The translations under genes were made by a program, and so were the position numbers. The notes under the pieces are model-generated. The model was not told the origin of the DNA, did not search any database, and saw only the letters and a program-made list of their open reading frames with translations. Shown one piece after another: positions 37,012-46,471 of a stretch of DNA of 64,000 bases; within the stretch, counting starts at the first letter, position 1, and each line of letters begins with the position of its first letter. The DNA is from a virus, in the IMG/VR virus record IMGVR_UViG_3300047409_000574, positions 32,001 to 96,000 of that record; one strand, given 5' to 3'.

Positions 37012-37296
37012 ATGAGTTTGCGACCTTTGGCAGACCGCGTTCTCGTGTTGCCGGAAACCGGCGCGGAGAATGTCGGCGGTGTGTTCATCCCGGAGCAGTT
37101 CCGGGACAAGCAGAAGATGGGCATGGTGAAGGCGGTCGGCCCCGGCCTGCCGGACGAGCAGGGCAGGCGGGTGCCGCCGCAGGTCGAGGTGGGCGACAAG
37201 GTGCTCTACTCGCAGTACGGCGGGATCGACGTGGAGATCGACGGGGTCAACTATCTCGTGCTGCGAGAAGGAGATTTGATCGGGGTGGTGGAGTAA
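37012..37296 (+). CDS. groES: Co-chaperonin GroES
   Basis: LRPLADRVLV..GGVFIPE..G.VKAVGPG..VEVGDKVLYSQYGG..DGVNYLVLREGDLIGV. Confidence 0.95.
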   Translation: MSLRPLADRVLVLPETGAENVGGVFIPEQFRDKQKMGMVKAVGPGLPDEQGRRVPPQVEVGDKVLYSQYGGIDVEIDGVNYLVLREGDLIGVVE

Positions 37297-37882
37297 TGGG
37301 ACTCCGCATCCCCGATGGCGCGAGGTGCATCGTGCCCGGCTGTCGGGAGACGCCGACGCTTTCGTTGAGCGTGCGCATTCGGCGGCGGGACACGAGTGCG
37401 GCCTGGGCACCGGAGACGCACGCGTATGCGTGTGAAAGGCACGGCGAGGGTGGTTGCAGAGTGACGGTGTATTTCGAGCCGACCGGTGACTATCACGTTG
37501 AGACGACGGTGATCGGGGTCAGAGGGCCGGTGGCGCGGCGCACGCAGATCAAGCTGCGCTGACCGGCGGAACGACTACAGAGAGGTAGAGCATGTCGAGT
37601 TTCACTTTCGCGTGGCACTACGTTCGGGATGAGCACGACGATGTGCATGTGTACCGAGAGTCCGGGCGCAACACGATGTGTGGTAAGGACAAGCGGTGGA
37701 CGACGAGCATGGTGCCGCTCGGAGATCACAACGATCATTTCGTGTCGTGTGAGAATTGCCGTGACGCGCTCAGGATTGTGATGCTGGACTTCGTGGACAG
37801 GGTGACGGGGCTGCACCAGCGGCTCTCGGCTTTGGAGGCGGAGGAGCGCAACAAAGCTGGGAGGGTGCGGGCGGCGGTCTAG
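37296..37882 (+). CDS. Two small Cys/His-containing hypothetical proteins (37296-37562, 37592-37882)
   Basis: Cys motifs; the second has an AGAGAGGTAGAGC SD. Confidence 0.55.
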
Positions 37883-37906
37883 CGAACGGCGTGCGATCAT
37901 GCCGGG

Positions 37907-39886
37907 GTGAGCGCTGCCCTAGAGGAAGGCATCTGGGATGCCCTGCGGCACCCTCGCGGGCGCGGCGGCCAGTGGTCGAAGGTGTTGGGCAAGGTGGAGG
38001 CGGCGGCCGGGGAGAAGGGTGACCCGGCCGTCGTCTCGAAGCTCAAGGCGAAGCTGGAGCCGCCGCCGATCGTTCGGCGTGTCAAGAAGCTGGAGACGAC
38101 GGAGGCGTTTCGGCGCGGCCGTCGCAGCCTGGGCTACATGCGTCAGTCGGGCGTGCATGGGGACGAGTTCATGTTCGACCTGGCGACCGATCAGGGGTTC
38201 GCGGGTCGGCCGCACGCGGTGAGCGAGGAGGAGCTACAGGCGCATATCGACGCGGGGGCGGTCGAGATGTGGCGGGGCACGTCGGATCGTTCGTACGCGG
38301 ACACGTTTCTGACCGGGACGTACTACGCGCTTGCGCTCGACACGCCCATTCCGACCCCGAGCGGGTGGAGCACGATAGGGCAGATCGAGGCTGGGGATCA
38401 GGTATTCGACGCCGATGGCAAGCCCACGGAAGTCGTGGGCGTGACGCCTGTGTTCATGGATCGGCCATGCTACGCAGTCCGGTTCGACGATGGCTCCGAG
38501 ATTGTTGCTGACGCCGACCATCAGTGGTTGGTATCCACCCGTCCTAGTCGCGAACATGCGCGACGGTGGAAAAACCCCGACAGGCGGATCGTGATGGGAA
38601 GGGCGAGGGCGATGCGAGGCGCTGGGGTGTTGCTTCGCGAGATTGGTTCCGAGCTTGGAATCACGGTGGACGCAGCGTGGAGTGAAGGATCGCACGGCGG
38701 TGATCGCGTCGTGACGACGGCGGAGATGGCTGCAACGATCGCGAGTCGGTACGCGGTTGCGAATGTCGCGCCGCTCAGGCTGCCGGATGCGGCCCTGCCA
38801 ATCGACCCGTATGTGCTGGGCGCGTGGCTTGGCGACGGCACGGCCGCTAACGCCACCTTCACGTGCGAGGACGAGGAGATCGTCTGGCAGATTAGGGCCG
38901 CAGGTCATGCTGTTCAGCGTCGGGGCGAGTCGGGCTACGGGTGTCCGAGATGGCAGATTTTCGACCTTCGCAGGAAGTTGGATTCAGCATCGCTTCTCGA
39001 CAACAAGCATGTGCCGTCAGAGTATTTCCGGGCGTCGGCCGAACAGCGTCGTGCCCTCATCTGCGGGCTAATGGACACAGACGGAACGGTGTCCAAGTTC
39101 GGCCAGTGTGAGTTTGGCAACGCGAATCGCGCGCTGGCTTACGGCATGGCCGAACTGCTTGCCTCTGTTGGCATCAAGGTGCGAATTCTTTGCCGCGACG
39201 ACGACAGGAGGAGTCGTAAGCCCTTCTTCCGGGTGATGTTCTCGACCCATTCACCCGTGTTTCGACTTCGGCGCAAGCTTGATCGCCAACAACTAGGGCG
39301 GGCCGAGGTGGATAGCAAGATCGGCAGGCACTCCGTTGTCGAGGTGCGCCAGGTTGAGAGTGTGCCTGTCAGGTGTCTGGAGGTTGCGTCCCTGTCGCAC
39401 CTGTTCGTTGTCGGCAGGGCGATGATTCCGACGCACAACTGTGGGTTGGGCTTCCGCGGCAACGGCATCTACACGGCGTCGGGTGCGCGCGCGGAGCAGA
39501 TGGCGCGGGCGTACGCGACTGCACCGCCGACACGCGGGATCGCGGCGAGGTCGGATTCGCCGACTGTGGTGCGGATGGCGTTGCACCGGGACGCGAAGGT
39601 GGTCGAGTTCGAGGATGCGGCGCGGAGCGCCCGGCACGCCCATCAGGCGGCGATGGTGGTGGGGGAGAAGTCGGGCGGTGCGGGCGGCACACCGGATCAG
39701 GTGCGGGCGGAGGTCTATCGTGATCCGTCACGCTGGGCGCTCGCGAACGGCTATGACGCGGTGCGGGTGACGCAGGCGGATGGCAGCGACGAGCACATCG
39801 TGTTGAACCGGACGGCGTTGCTGGTCTCGACGGAGTTTCGGGAGGCCGGGCAGAGCGTGATGCGTGGGGCGAGGCACGCGGCGTGA
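37907..39886 (+). CDS. HPR-tagged effector with an ADP-ribosyltransferase-like domain split by an intein
   Basis: LEEGIWDALRHPRGRGGQW, GEKGD; extein MWRGT..FLTGTYY|CGLGFRGNGIYTA..GYDAVRV..EHIVLNRTALLV. Confidence 0.7.
   Translation: MSAALEEGIWDALRHPRGRGGQWSKVLGKVEAAAGEKGDPAVVSKLKAKLEPPPIVRRVKKLETTEAFRRGRRSLGYMRQSGVHGDEFMFDLATDQGFAGRPHAVSEEELQAHIDAGAVEMWRGTSDRSYADTFLTGTYYALALDTPIPTPSGWSTIGQIEAGDQVFDADGKPTEVVGVTPVFMDRPCYAVRFDDGSEIVADADHQWLVSTRPSREHARRWKNPDRRIVMGRARAMRGAGVLLREIGSELGITVDAAWSEGSHGGDRVVTTAEMAATIASRYAVANVAPLRLPDAALPIDPYVLGAWLGDGTAANATFTCEDEEIVWQIRAAGHAVQRRGESGYGCPRWQIFDLRRKLDSASLLDNKHVPSEYFRASAEQRRALICGLMDTDGTVSKFGQCEFGNANRALAYGMAELLASVGIKVRILCRDDDRRSRKPFFRVMFSTHSPVFRLRRKLDRQQLGRAEVDSKIGRHSVVEVRQVESVPVRCLEVASLSHLFVVGRAMIPTHNCGLGFRGNGIYTASGARAEQMARAYATAPPTRGIAARSDSPTVVRMALHRDAKVVEFEDAARSARHAHQAAMVVGEKSGGAGGTPDQVRAEVYRDPSRWALANGYDAVRVTQADGSDEHIVLNRTALLVSTEFREAGQSVMRGARHAA
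38327..39439 (+). mobile_element. Class-3 (Ala1, W-C-T) intein with LAGLIDADG endonuclease, 371 aa
   Basis: ALALDTPIPTPSGW; ADADHQW; PYVLGAWLGDG and LICGLMDTDG; VRCLEV; IPTHN|C. Confidence 0.9.
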
Positions 39887-40113
39887 GCGGCGAGCCGCCG
39901 GTTGCCTGGGAGATCGACTTGCGGCTGCATGATTTGCGCCGTGAGTTGGCGCGGATGGAGGACACCGGGGAGGAGTTTGATCTGGCCTGGGTGGCGGCGA
40001 TGATGCGTGCGGCGTACGCGAAGGGCTATGTGGATGCGCTGGTCGAGCCGGAGCCGGGGAAGTGGATCACGGAGTACGGCTACAAGGTGCCTGCGAAGGC
40101 GAAGCGTGGCTGA
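39883..40113 (+). CDS. Hypothetical protein
   Basis: GTGA-coupled; MRAAYAKGYVDAL. Confidence 0.55.
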   Translation: MSGEPPVAWEIDLRLHDLRRELARMEDTGEEFDLAWVAAMMRAAYAKGYVDALVEPEPGKWITEYGYKVPAKAKRG

Positions 40114-41998
40114 CTCGGCGACGCTCGACGCGCAGGTGTCGTATTCGAGGAAGGCTGCGGCGCTGATGAATAGCGAGGCGGTGCTCGGGCTGCCGCTCGA
40201 CCAGCTTTGGGCTGTTCGCGACGCGCTCGCGCAGGCGCGCACGGAGGATGATCTGCCGTCGCATGTGCGCGTGCTGTTCGACGAGCAGACGCACGCGAAG
40301 ATTGTGGAGGCTCGCTACACGGAGCGGCTGCATCCTCGTGGCCGGGGTGGGAAGTGGATCAGGGGGATGCACCGGATCGAGCAGGTGGCGTCGATGGCGA
40401 GCACGGCGACGAAGCTCAAGGTCGGCAAGGGTCGCAAGGGTCGCAAGGCAAAACCGGTGGGCTGGTTGGAGGCGGTGCGGGAGCATCAGAAGGTGCCGGT
40501 GCTCAAGCAGAGCGATCTGGTGCGGCGGCGGCGGCAGGCGTTCTCGACTCCACGCGAGGAGTGGAAGCTGGTCTCGACGGGCGACGGGGATGTTTACGCT
40601 CAGGGCGACGCGACGTTGACCTGGCGGTCGAGGAAGATCAACGACAACGTCGAGTGGGGGTATGAACTTCGGATCGACGGTGGAGAGCCGCGCTGGATTG
40701 AGAGCTATCCGGGCGACGGCATCTACGACGTGGCTCGACGGGCGATGCCGGAGCGGCGCTCGGAGTCCGACAAGTTCATGGACGAGTGGTACGGCGGCCC
40801 TGGCCGACCGGGCTTGTATCAGCGGGTGAGCGGTGATCCGGGCGAGCAGTTCGTGGCGCAGCACGAGCGGATCATGGATGCGGGCGCACGGATCGACGCG
40901 GAGATCGTCCGGCGGATGGGTGACGCGGTGAAGCGGCATCGGGAGGCGGTCAAGGCGGAGCGGGATGCGAAGAAGGCGGTGGTGCTGGCCGAGAAGCATG
41001 AGGAGGTGCTGGCGTTCACCGGGATCGGCCGGGAGATGCTCGGGTGGCTGGAGCACGACCCGGAGCAGTTGACGCCGGATGCGCTACGCGAGCGGCTGCG
41101 GCTCTACAACCGTGAGGCGGTGAAGCTGGCGCGCAACCAGGACAAGTCGGTGATGACGACGGCGAACGCGCAGTTGTGGGACATGCACGAGTACGACCGG
41201 TTCAACGTCGCGGAGCGGAACGGCATCGACTTGCAGGCCGCGCACGACGCAGGCTACGAGGCGCGCGTTGTGGTGTTTCGCGCGGCCGATGAGCGGCGGG
41301 CGGCCGAACAAGACCTTGCCGACAGGCGGCGCGCCGCGACCTGGGAGGTGCTCGGGGAGACGCGTCGGTTCGGCAACGAGTTCGAGATCACCCACGACTA
41401 CTCGCCGGACGTGATGCACTACGACGAGACGACTGCGAAGGCGCTCGACTTCGTCGCGGTGTTTCTGCCGCACGACTGGATTGTGGACTCGAACCGGTCG
41501 GAGTATCGGCTGCTGGTTGGCGAGGCGGATCAGCGCGGGAGCTACGGGCATGCACGGTCGTTCAACGTGCAGACCGGTGTGGGGACTTCGGTGTTGACCG
41601 GCAACCGTGAGCAGAAGGATCACGGGGCGATGTTGCCGCGTGGGGCGGGGGTGGCGTTGCACGAGATGGTGCACCGCGCGGAGTACGTCCATGACGGGAT
41701 CAAGGGGGCGGAGTGGACGTTCTACCAGCAGCGGGTTTCGCCGGGCGTCAACCGCACATGGGAGACGCCGGAGAGGCTGATCGACTTGATCCCGAACTCG
41801 GGCTACGAGGAGCACGAGATGGCGCGCCGCGATCACTTCACCCATCCCTACTCCGGGAAAAGTTACGGGGATGACATGGAGTCAGCGTGGGAGCTTCTGA
41901 CGATGGGCGTGCAGGACTTGGCGACCGGCGAGCACGGGATCATCGACAAGGACGAGGAGTACCGGCAGTTCGTCCTGGGCGCGCTCGCCATTCTCTGA
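40106..41998 (+). CDS. HPR-tagged effector with C-terminal zincin metallopeptidase
   Basis: IVEARYTERLHPRGRGGKW; ALHEMVHRAE..DHFTHPYSGKSY..WELLTMG. Confidence 0.75.
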   Translation: MADSATLDAQVSYSRKAAALMNSEAVLGLPLDQLWAVRDALAQARTEDDLPSHVRVLFDEQTHAKIVEARYTERLHPRGRGGKWIRGMHRIEQVASMASTATKLKVGKGRKGRKAKPVGWLEAVREHQKVPVLKQSDLVRRRRQAFSTPREEWKLVSTGDGDVYAQGDATLTWRSRKINDNVEWGYELRIDGGEPRWIESYPGDGIYDVARRAMPERRSESDKFMDEWYGGPGRPGLYQRVSGDPGEQFVAQHERIMDAGARIDAEIVRRMGDAVKRHREAVKAERDAKKAVVLAEKHEEVLAFTGIGREMLGWLEHDPEQLTPDALRERLRLYNREAVKLARNQDKSVMTTANAQLWDMHEYDRFNVAERNGIDLQAAHDAGYEARVVVFRAADERRAAEQDLADRRRAATWEVLGETRRFGNEFEITHDYSPDVMHYDETTAKALDFVAVFLPHDWIVDSNRSEYRLLVGEADQRGSYGHARSFNVQTGVGTSVLTGNREQKDHGAMLPRGAGVALHEMVHRAEYVHDGIKGAEWTFYQQRVSPGVNRTWETPERLIDLIPNSGYEEHEMARRDHFTHPYSGKSYGDDMESAWELLTMGVQDLATGEHGIIDKDEEYRQFVLGALAIL

Positions 41999-43917
41999 TG
42001 TTCGCGCTGCTCACCGATGACGCGCTGTTGCGCTGGCAGGACGGAAAGGTGTCGGGCTTCCCGTTCGAGACGGTGCTCGACGCGGAGATCAAGCTGGGTG
42101 ATGGGCCGCAGGCGGCGACACCGACGGGGCCGTTCTATCGAGTGGGTTCGCCGGAGCATGCGGTGATGGCGTTGACGAAGCTGCTGCCGGGCGCGGAGTT
42201 GCACGGGGAGGTGCCGGTGATCCCGGAGTTCCCGGACGAGCTTGACCCGGAGCCGCTCCAGGAGGCGGCGGAGTTCGCCGAGCGCCTGCATCTCCGCAAC
42301 CGGCTCGGCCGGTTCCGCGACATGCCTGACCTGCACCTGCCGCACGTCGGCGCGCCCGAGCACCACGCGCTCTACAACGAGTTGGGGATGGGCGACGAGC
42401 AGTTGATCGACGCGGTTCGCAAGGCGGTGCAGGAGCGGCCGGAGCGCGTCACGCATGGCTACACCGGCCACAACTCCTTCTTCATCGTTGGCGACGAGGT
42501 GTTCTCGCACAACGACTGGCCTAACATCCCGCGTGACCTGCGCGACCAGGCGGTCATGGTGCACTCGCACTCCCCCGACGGGCTGACCGGCTCGCTTCGG
42601 CGGCCGGACTACTTCGACCAGCCGCACGACAAGCAGCCGTTGAACGCCGAGGACATGTTCATCTGGATCAAGGGGATGCGCGACAGGCAGATGGGGCCGA
42701 GGCTGGCGATGATCTACGCCGACGGCACGATGGATGTGGTCGGGATCACGCACGAGACCGACGACAAGGTGCTCAAGTGGGGGCAGAAGCGCCTGCACGA
42801 TTCCATCGGCCGGGCGGAGCGCGACCACATGCGCGCGTGGCTTGCCGAGCGGAAGTTCTCGTACCACGAGCAGTTGCGCTGGGGGACACCGGATGAGGCT
42901 CGACAGATTCGGGCGCTGCATCCGAGCGAGTCGATTCGCGAGACGGGCACGGCGGCGGGCGAGAAGGGCGGCCAGGAGAAGCTCTCGACGGGCAAGTGGG
43001 TCAACAAGCTCCCGGCGGAGTATCTGCCGAGGTCGGACGCTGCTCGGTTCTGGTCGTTTCTGCCCGGTGTTGGAGGCGAGAAGGGCGATGAGCCGCTCAG
43101 TTCGCTCACGACCGCCGAGAACTTCGCAGCGGTGTTCGACGGGTTCGAGCACGGCGGGATCGTCGCGCACGTTGAGGAGCATGTGCAGGTCAACCCGCCG
43201 GACGCGCAACTGAGGGTCGGCGGGAGCCTGGCGCTCGCGGAGGTGCGCGGCGTGTTCGAGGACACGACCGCCGATGGCCCCCGGCTGGGCGGGCAGTTCG
43301 ACAGTTACCTGGCGCGCGACGAGGAGAACAAGCTGCGCGCGTTCCTTTCGCTGTTGATCCTCAAGCCGGAGCAGCAGGGCCGGGGGTTCGGCACGGCGTT
43401 CTTTCAGCACATGCTGGAGGAGTACCGGCGCAACGGGGTGCACGCGGTCGGGCTAACGGCTGGCGACAGAGTGGGCGGCTTCCACTGGGCCGTACAGGGC
43501 TTCGACTTCACGACGGGTCTCTACTCGATCCTGGCGTCCGGTGAGGACTTGGAGCGCCGCTCCCATCTCTACGGCGACGAGAAGTTCGCGCGCGCGTACG
43601 CGGTCAGCCGGATGTGGAAGGAGCGCAACCTCGACCACCCACACTTCTTCATGGAGCGGACATACCAGGAGCTACCGCCCGACCACTACGAGCAGTTCGA
43701 GGCGCAGATGCCGACCAAGGAGAAGCTCGACGCCTACGCGGCCGGTGACCTGTCGGCATTGGACGGCACGTTCGACTCGCCGCAGGAGATCGCGCTGTTC
43801 GGCAAGCAGACCCATACCTGGGTGGAGTCGCACGACCCGTACTCGATGGGTGAACGCATGTGGTTGGGCAAGCGCTTCCTGCTCGGGGCGGAGTGGCGCG
43901 GGGAGATGACCCTCTGA
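41998..43917 (+). CDS. HPR-like-tagged effector with JAB-like and GNAT domains
   Basis: LQEAAEFAERLHLRNRLGRF; MVHSHSP..LNAED; GEKGG and GEKGD linkers; LKPEQQGRGFGTAF..GGFHWAVQGFDF. Confidence 0.7.
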   Translation: MFALLTDDALLRWQDGKVSGFPFETVLDAEIKLGDGPQAATPTGPFYRVGSPEHAVMALTKLLPGAELHGEVPVIPEFPDELDPEPLQEAAEFAERLHLRNRLGRFRDMPDLHLPHVGAPEHHALYNELGMGDEQLIDAVRKAVQERPERVTHGYTGHNSFFIVGDEVFSHNDWPNIPRDLRDQAVMVHSHSPDGLTGSLRRPDYFDQPHDKQPLNAEDMFIWIKGMRDRQMGPRLAMIYADGTMDVVGITHETDDKVLKWGQKRLHDSIGRAERDHMRAWLAERKFSYHEQLRWGTPDEARQIRALHPSESIRETGTAAGEKGGQEKLSTGKWVNKLPAEYLPRSDAARFWSFLPGVGGEKGDEPLSSLTTAENFAAVFDGFEHGGIVAHVEEHVQVNPPDAQLRVGGSLALAEVRGVFEDTTADGPRLGGQFDSYLARDEENKLRAFLSLLILKPEQQGRGFGTAFFQHMLEEYRRNGVHAVGLTAGDRVGGFHWAVQGFDFTTGLYSILASGEDLERRSHLYGDEKFARAYAVSRMWKERNLDHPHFFMERTYQELPPDHYEQFEAQMPTKEKLDAYAAGDLSALDGTFDSPQEIALFGKQTHTWVESHDPYSMGERMWLGKRFLLGAEWRGEMTL

Positions 43918-43959
43918 CGGGGGCTTGTTGGAGTCAGCGCTGATGGCTACGATGGGGGC

Positions 43960-44115
43960 ATGGCTTCTAGGCTGACAGAGATCACCCAGCAGGTCGCGGA
44001 GGAGTGGCGCAAGGAGGGCAAGCTGTTGGTGCCGCCCGACAAGGCGCTTCCCGATCCCACGGACGCGTTCTGGGACGAAGTCCAGCGTCGCTACGACGAG
44101 CAAGTCGCCGCGTAG
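43960..44115 (+). CDS. 51-aa protein, probably leaderless
   Basis: MASRLTEITQQVAEEWRKEG..FWDEVQRRY; TACGAT -10-like hexamer 6 nt upstream. Confidence 0.5.
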   Translation: MASRLTEITQQVAEEWRKEGKLLVPPDKALPDPTDAFWDEVQRRYDEQVAA

Positions 44116-44288
44116 CAATCAGCGTTGACGACCCGGCACGGTTCCAGTACCGTGCCCTAGGTCGTGTCCGATGTTCTGCATGAAGCTGTCAGGAGCCGCC
44201 GGGGCCGGTTCACCGCGTTCTGCGCGGGGCTGATCTTCGGGATGCTGGTCGGTGTGCCGGTCGGGATCGCGCTGGCGGTGTGGCGCTG

Positions 44289-44651
44289 ATGCTGCGCGCC
44301 CATCCGCTCGGGCCGCGTGTGCTGGTCAAGCCGCTGGAGGCCGCCGATTCAACGTCGGCAGGGGTTGTGTTGCCGGAGGGCGTGCGGGGGAAGGAGTCGC
44401 GCGGGGTGGTCGTGGCTGCTGGCGCATGGTGGCGGCATGACAGCTACGGGGTGCCGGAGGAGCAACTCGACGCGCCATTCCCGGTCTCGCCGGGGGACGT
44501 GGTTGTCTATCCGCGGGGTGCGGGCATCGAGGTGACGCTCGATCTGTCGGAGACCGGCGAGCAGGAGGACTTGCTGCTTTTGCACATCAACGACTGTCTG
44601 CTCCGGCTAGAGGAGATCGAGGTGCGCAACCGCGACGAGAGCCATCGGTGA
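44289..44651 (+). CDS. groES: Second, divergent GroES-like co-chaperonin
   Basis: HPLGPRVLVKP..TSAGVVLPE..RGVVVAAG..VSPGDVVVY..GIEV..LLL...D. Confidence 0.8.
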   Translation: MLRAHPLGPRVLVKPLEAADSTSAGVVLPEGVRGKESRGVVVAAGAWWRHDSYGVPEEQLDAPFPVSPGDVVVYPRGAGIEVTLDLSETGEQEDLLLLHINDCLLRLEEIEVRNRDESHR

Positions 44652-46471
44652 TCCGGCAGTTTCGGGTGCGCGGTCTGCCTGCGTTCGAGCAGGATGTGAA
44701 GGTGACGGTGAGCAAGGTGAAAGAGGTGCCGGTGAAGGTGGGGGACACGGTGACGGTGTTGTGCTCGGCGACGGTGGAGGCGGTGTACGGCTCGCAGGGT
44801 CAGGAGGTTGATCTGGGGAACCTCGTTCCGAGACGGATCACGGAAGTGCGGCGAAGCGAGTGACGCTGCTGCCGCCGGTCAAGATCGACGAGCAGATCAT
44901 GGTGCTCGGCAAGGTGGACGGCGAAGGTCGCTTCGACAAGCTGAGTGGGCAGGCCGGGGTGGTGCGGGCGTTCTCGACCCAGTGGGAGTACGGCCGGATC
45001 ATCGCAACGTGCCGGGTCGAGTTCTACGATCACACGCTCGGGATCAGATGGCTGCCCCGGCACCGGGTGGTGCCGTTGCACGAGAACGGCATTCAGCGTC
45101 GGATACGTCGGGGCCGTCAGTGGCTTCGTCAACTGTCGGCGAGATGATCGACGGGCGGCGGCCGATGAAGGTGCGGGCGGATGTGTACGAGGCTCGCGCA
45201 TCGGTTATCTTCCGTTTCCGAGTGACGGGAACCGTGAAAGACGCGGAGGCGCGTCGGGAGTGGATCAGGTCGTCGGCGCAGAAGCTCGCGGAGTTCGCGG
45301 CGCGCAAGGCGGGGGTTGAGGTGAGGGTCGAGTTCGATGAGCGGCTGGCACGGGTCGGCTCCAAGATGGTCGAGCTTTAGATGGCCGGACAGGCGAGCAC
45401 GGTGGTGCTGGCGAAGCTGCCGCCGGGTACGAAGGTGACCAAGGTCACGTCGGGCGGGTTCTGTCTGGTGGTCTGCGAGCACGAGACGACGCGACAGCGT
45501 GGCGGCGGTTACGCTGGCCGGATGTGCACGGTCTGTCTGTTCTCCAGCGTCCAGCCGGTCGAGTCGTGGAAGCCGGTGAGCTTCCTCGCCAGGGTGCCGA
45601 AGTCGGCACGCACGCTTCCCGAGCGTGTGGCTCAGGAGAGCTTGTTTTAGGTGGCGTCCGCGCATGTCACGGTGCTGCTCGGGGGCGCGCCGCGCTGGTC
45701 TCCAGCGTCGGCGTACAGCCTGGTCGGCGAGTCGGTGCTCGACGCGGACGGGAGCGTCTGGGGGACAGTCGAGAACTGCGAGTGCGACGCGACGGCTGTC
45801 TACGTGCTGCTCGACTACGACGGTGCGAAGGAACCGACCGAGGCGCATATCGCGGGGCCGCCGGAGCCGCTGGCGGTCGCGTTCGATTCCGAGGACGGCA
45901 ACCCGACGGCGTACCTGACGTTCGAGTCGGGGGTGCTGCCGGTCGAGTTCATTCTGGACGCGCCGGTTGTTGACGACTGACGAGACCCGGCTGGCCGGGC
46001 TGCACTTTGCGGCCTCGTTGCGCGGTGCGACCGACCGGGAGACCTCGCTGTCGTGGATGGCTGATCGTGGTTACATCGCCTGGGACGACGATCTGGCGTT
46101 GTTCGCGTTGACCGAGAAGGGGCGGGTGCGCGCTGACGCGCTGGCCGCCGTGTTGTCGGACGGCCGCTCGCACAGTCGGCTGCCGTTGGTGGTGCTGCTG
46201 GCCGTCGGTGGGCTGGTCACGGTCAGGATGTTCCGCCGGTAAGCTGCGGGAGGTGCGGATCGTCGCCGAGACCGTGAGTGGCCGGTTCACCCTTGTGGAG
46301 ATGGACGGTGGCGCGGGTCGGGTGGTGAACCGGGAGACGCACGGCTACGTGCTGGCCCCGGCGGTCGAGTCGGTGCTCGCCCGCGGCGGCTGGGTGGCCT
46401 ACACCGGGACGGACGCGGAGGGCGAGGCGCGCAAGCTGATGGACGCCGCGTGGCTGGAGCGGGTCGCGTGA
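44648..46471 (+). CDS. Run of about seven small coupled hypothetical genes
   Basis: ORFs 44648-44863, 44860-45147, 45144-45380, 45381-45650, 45651-45980, 45967-46242, ~46250-46471 with overlapping or abutting start/stop codons. Confidence 0.5.
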
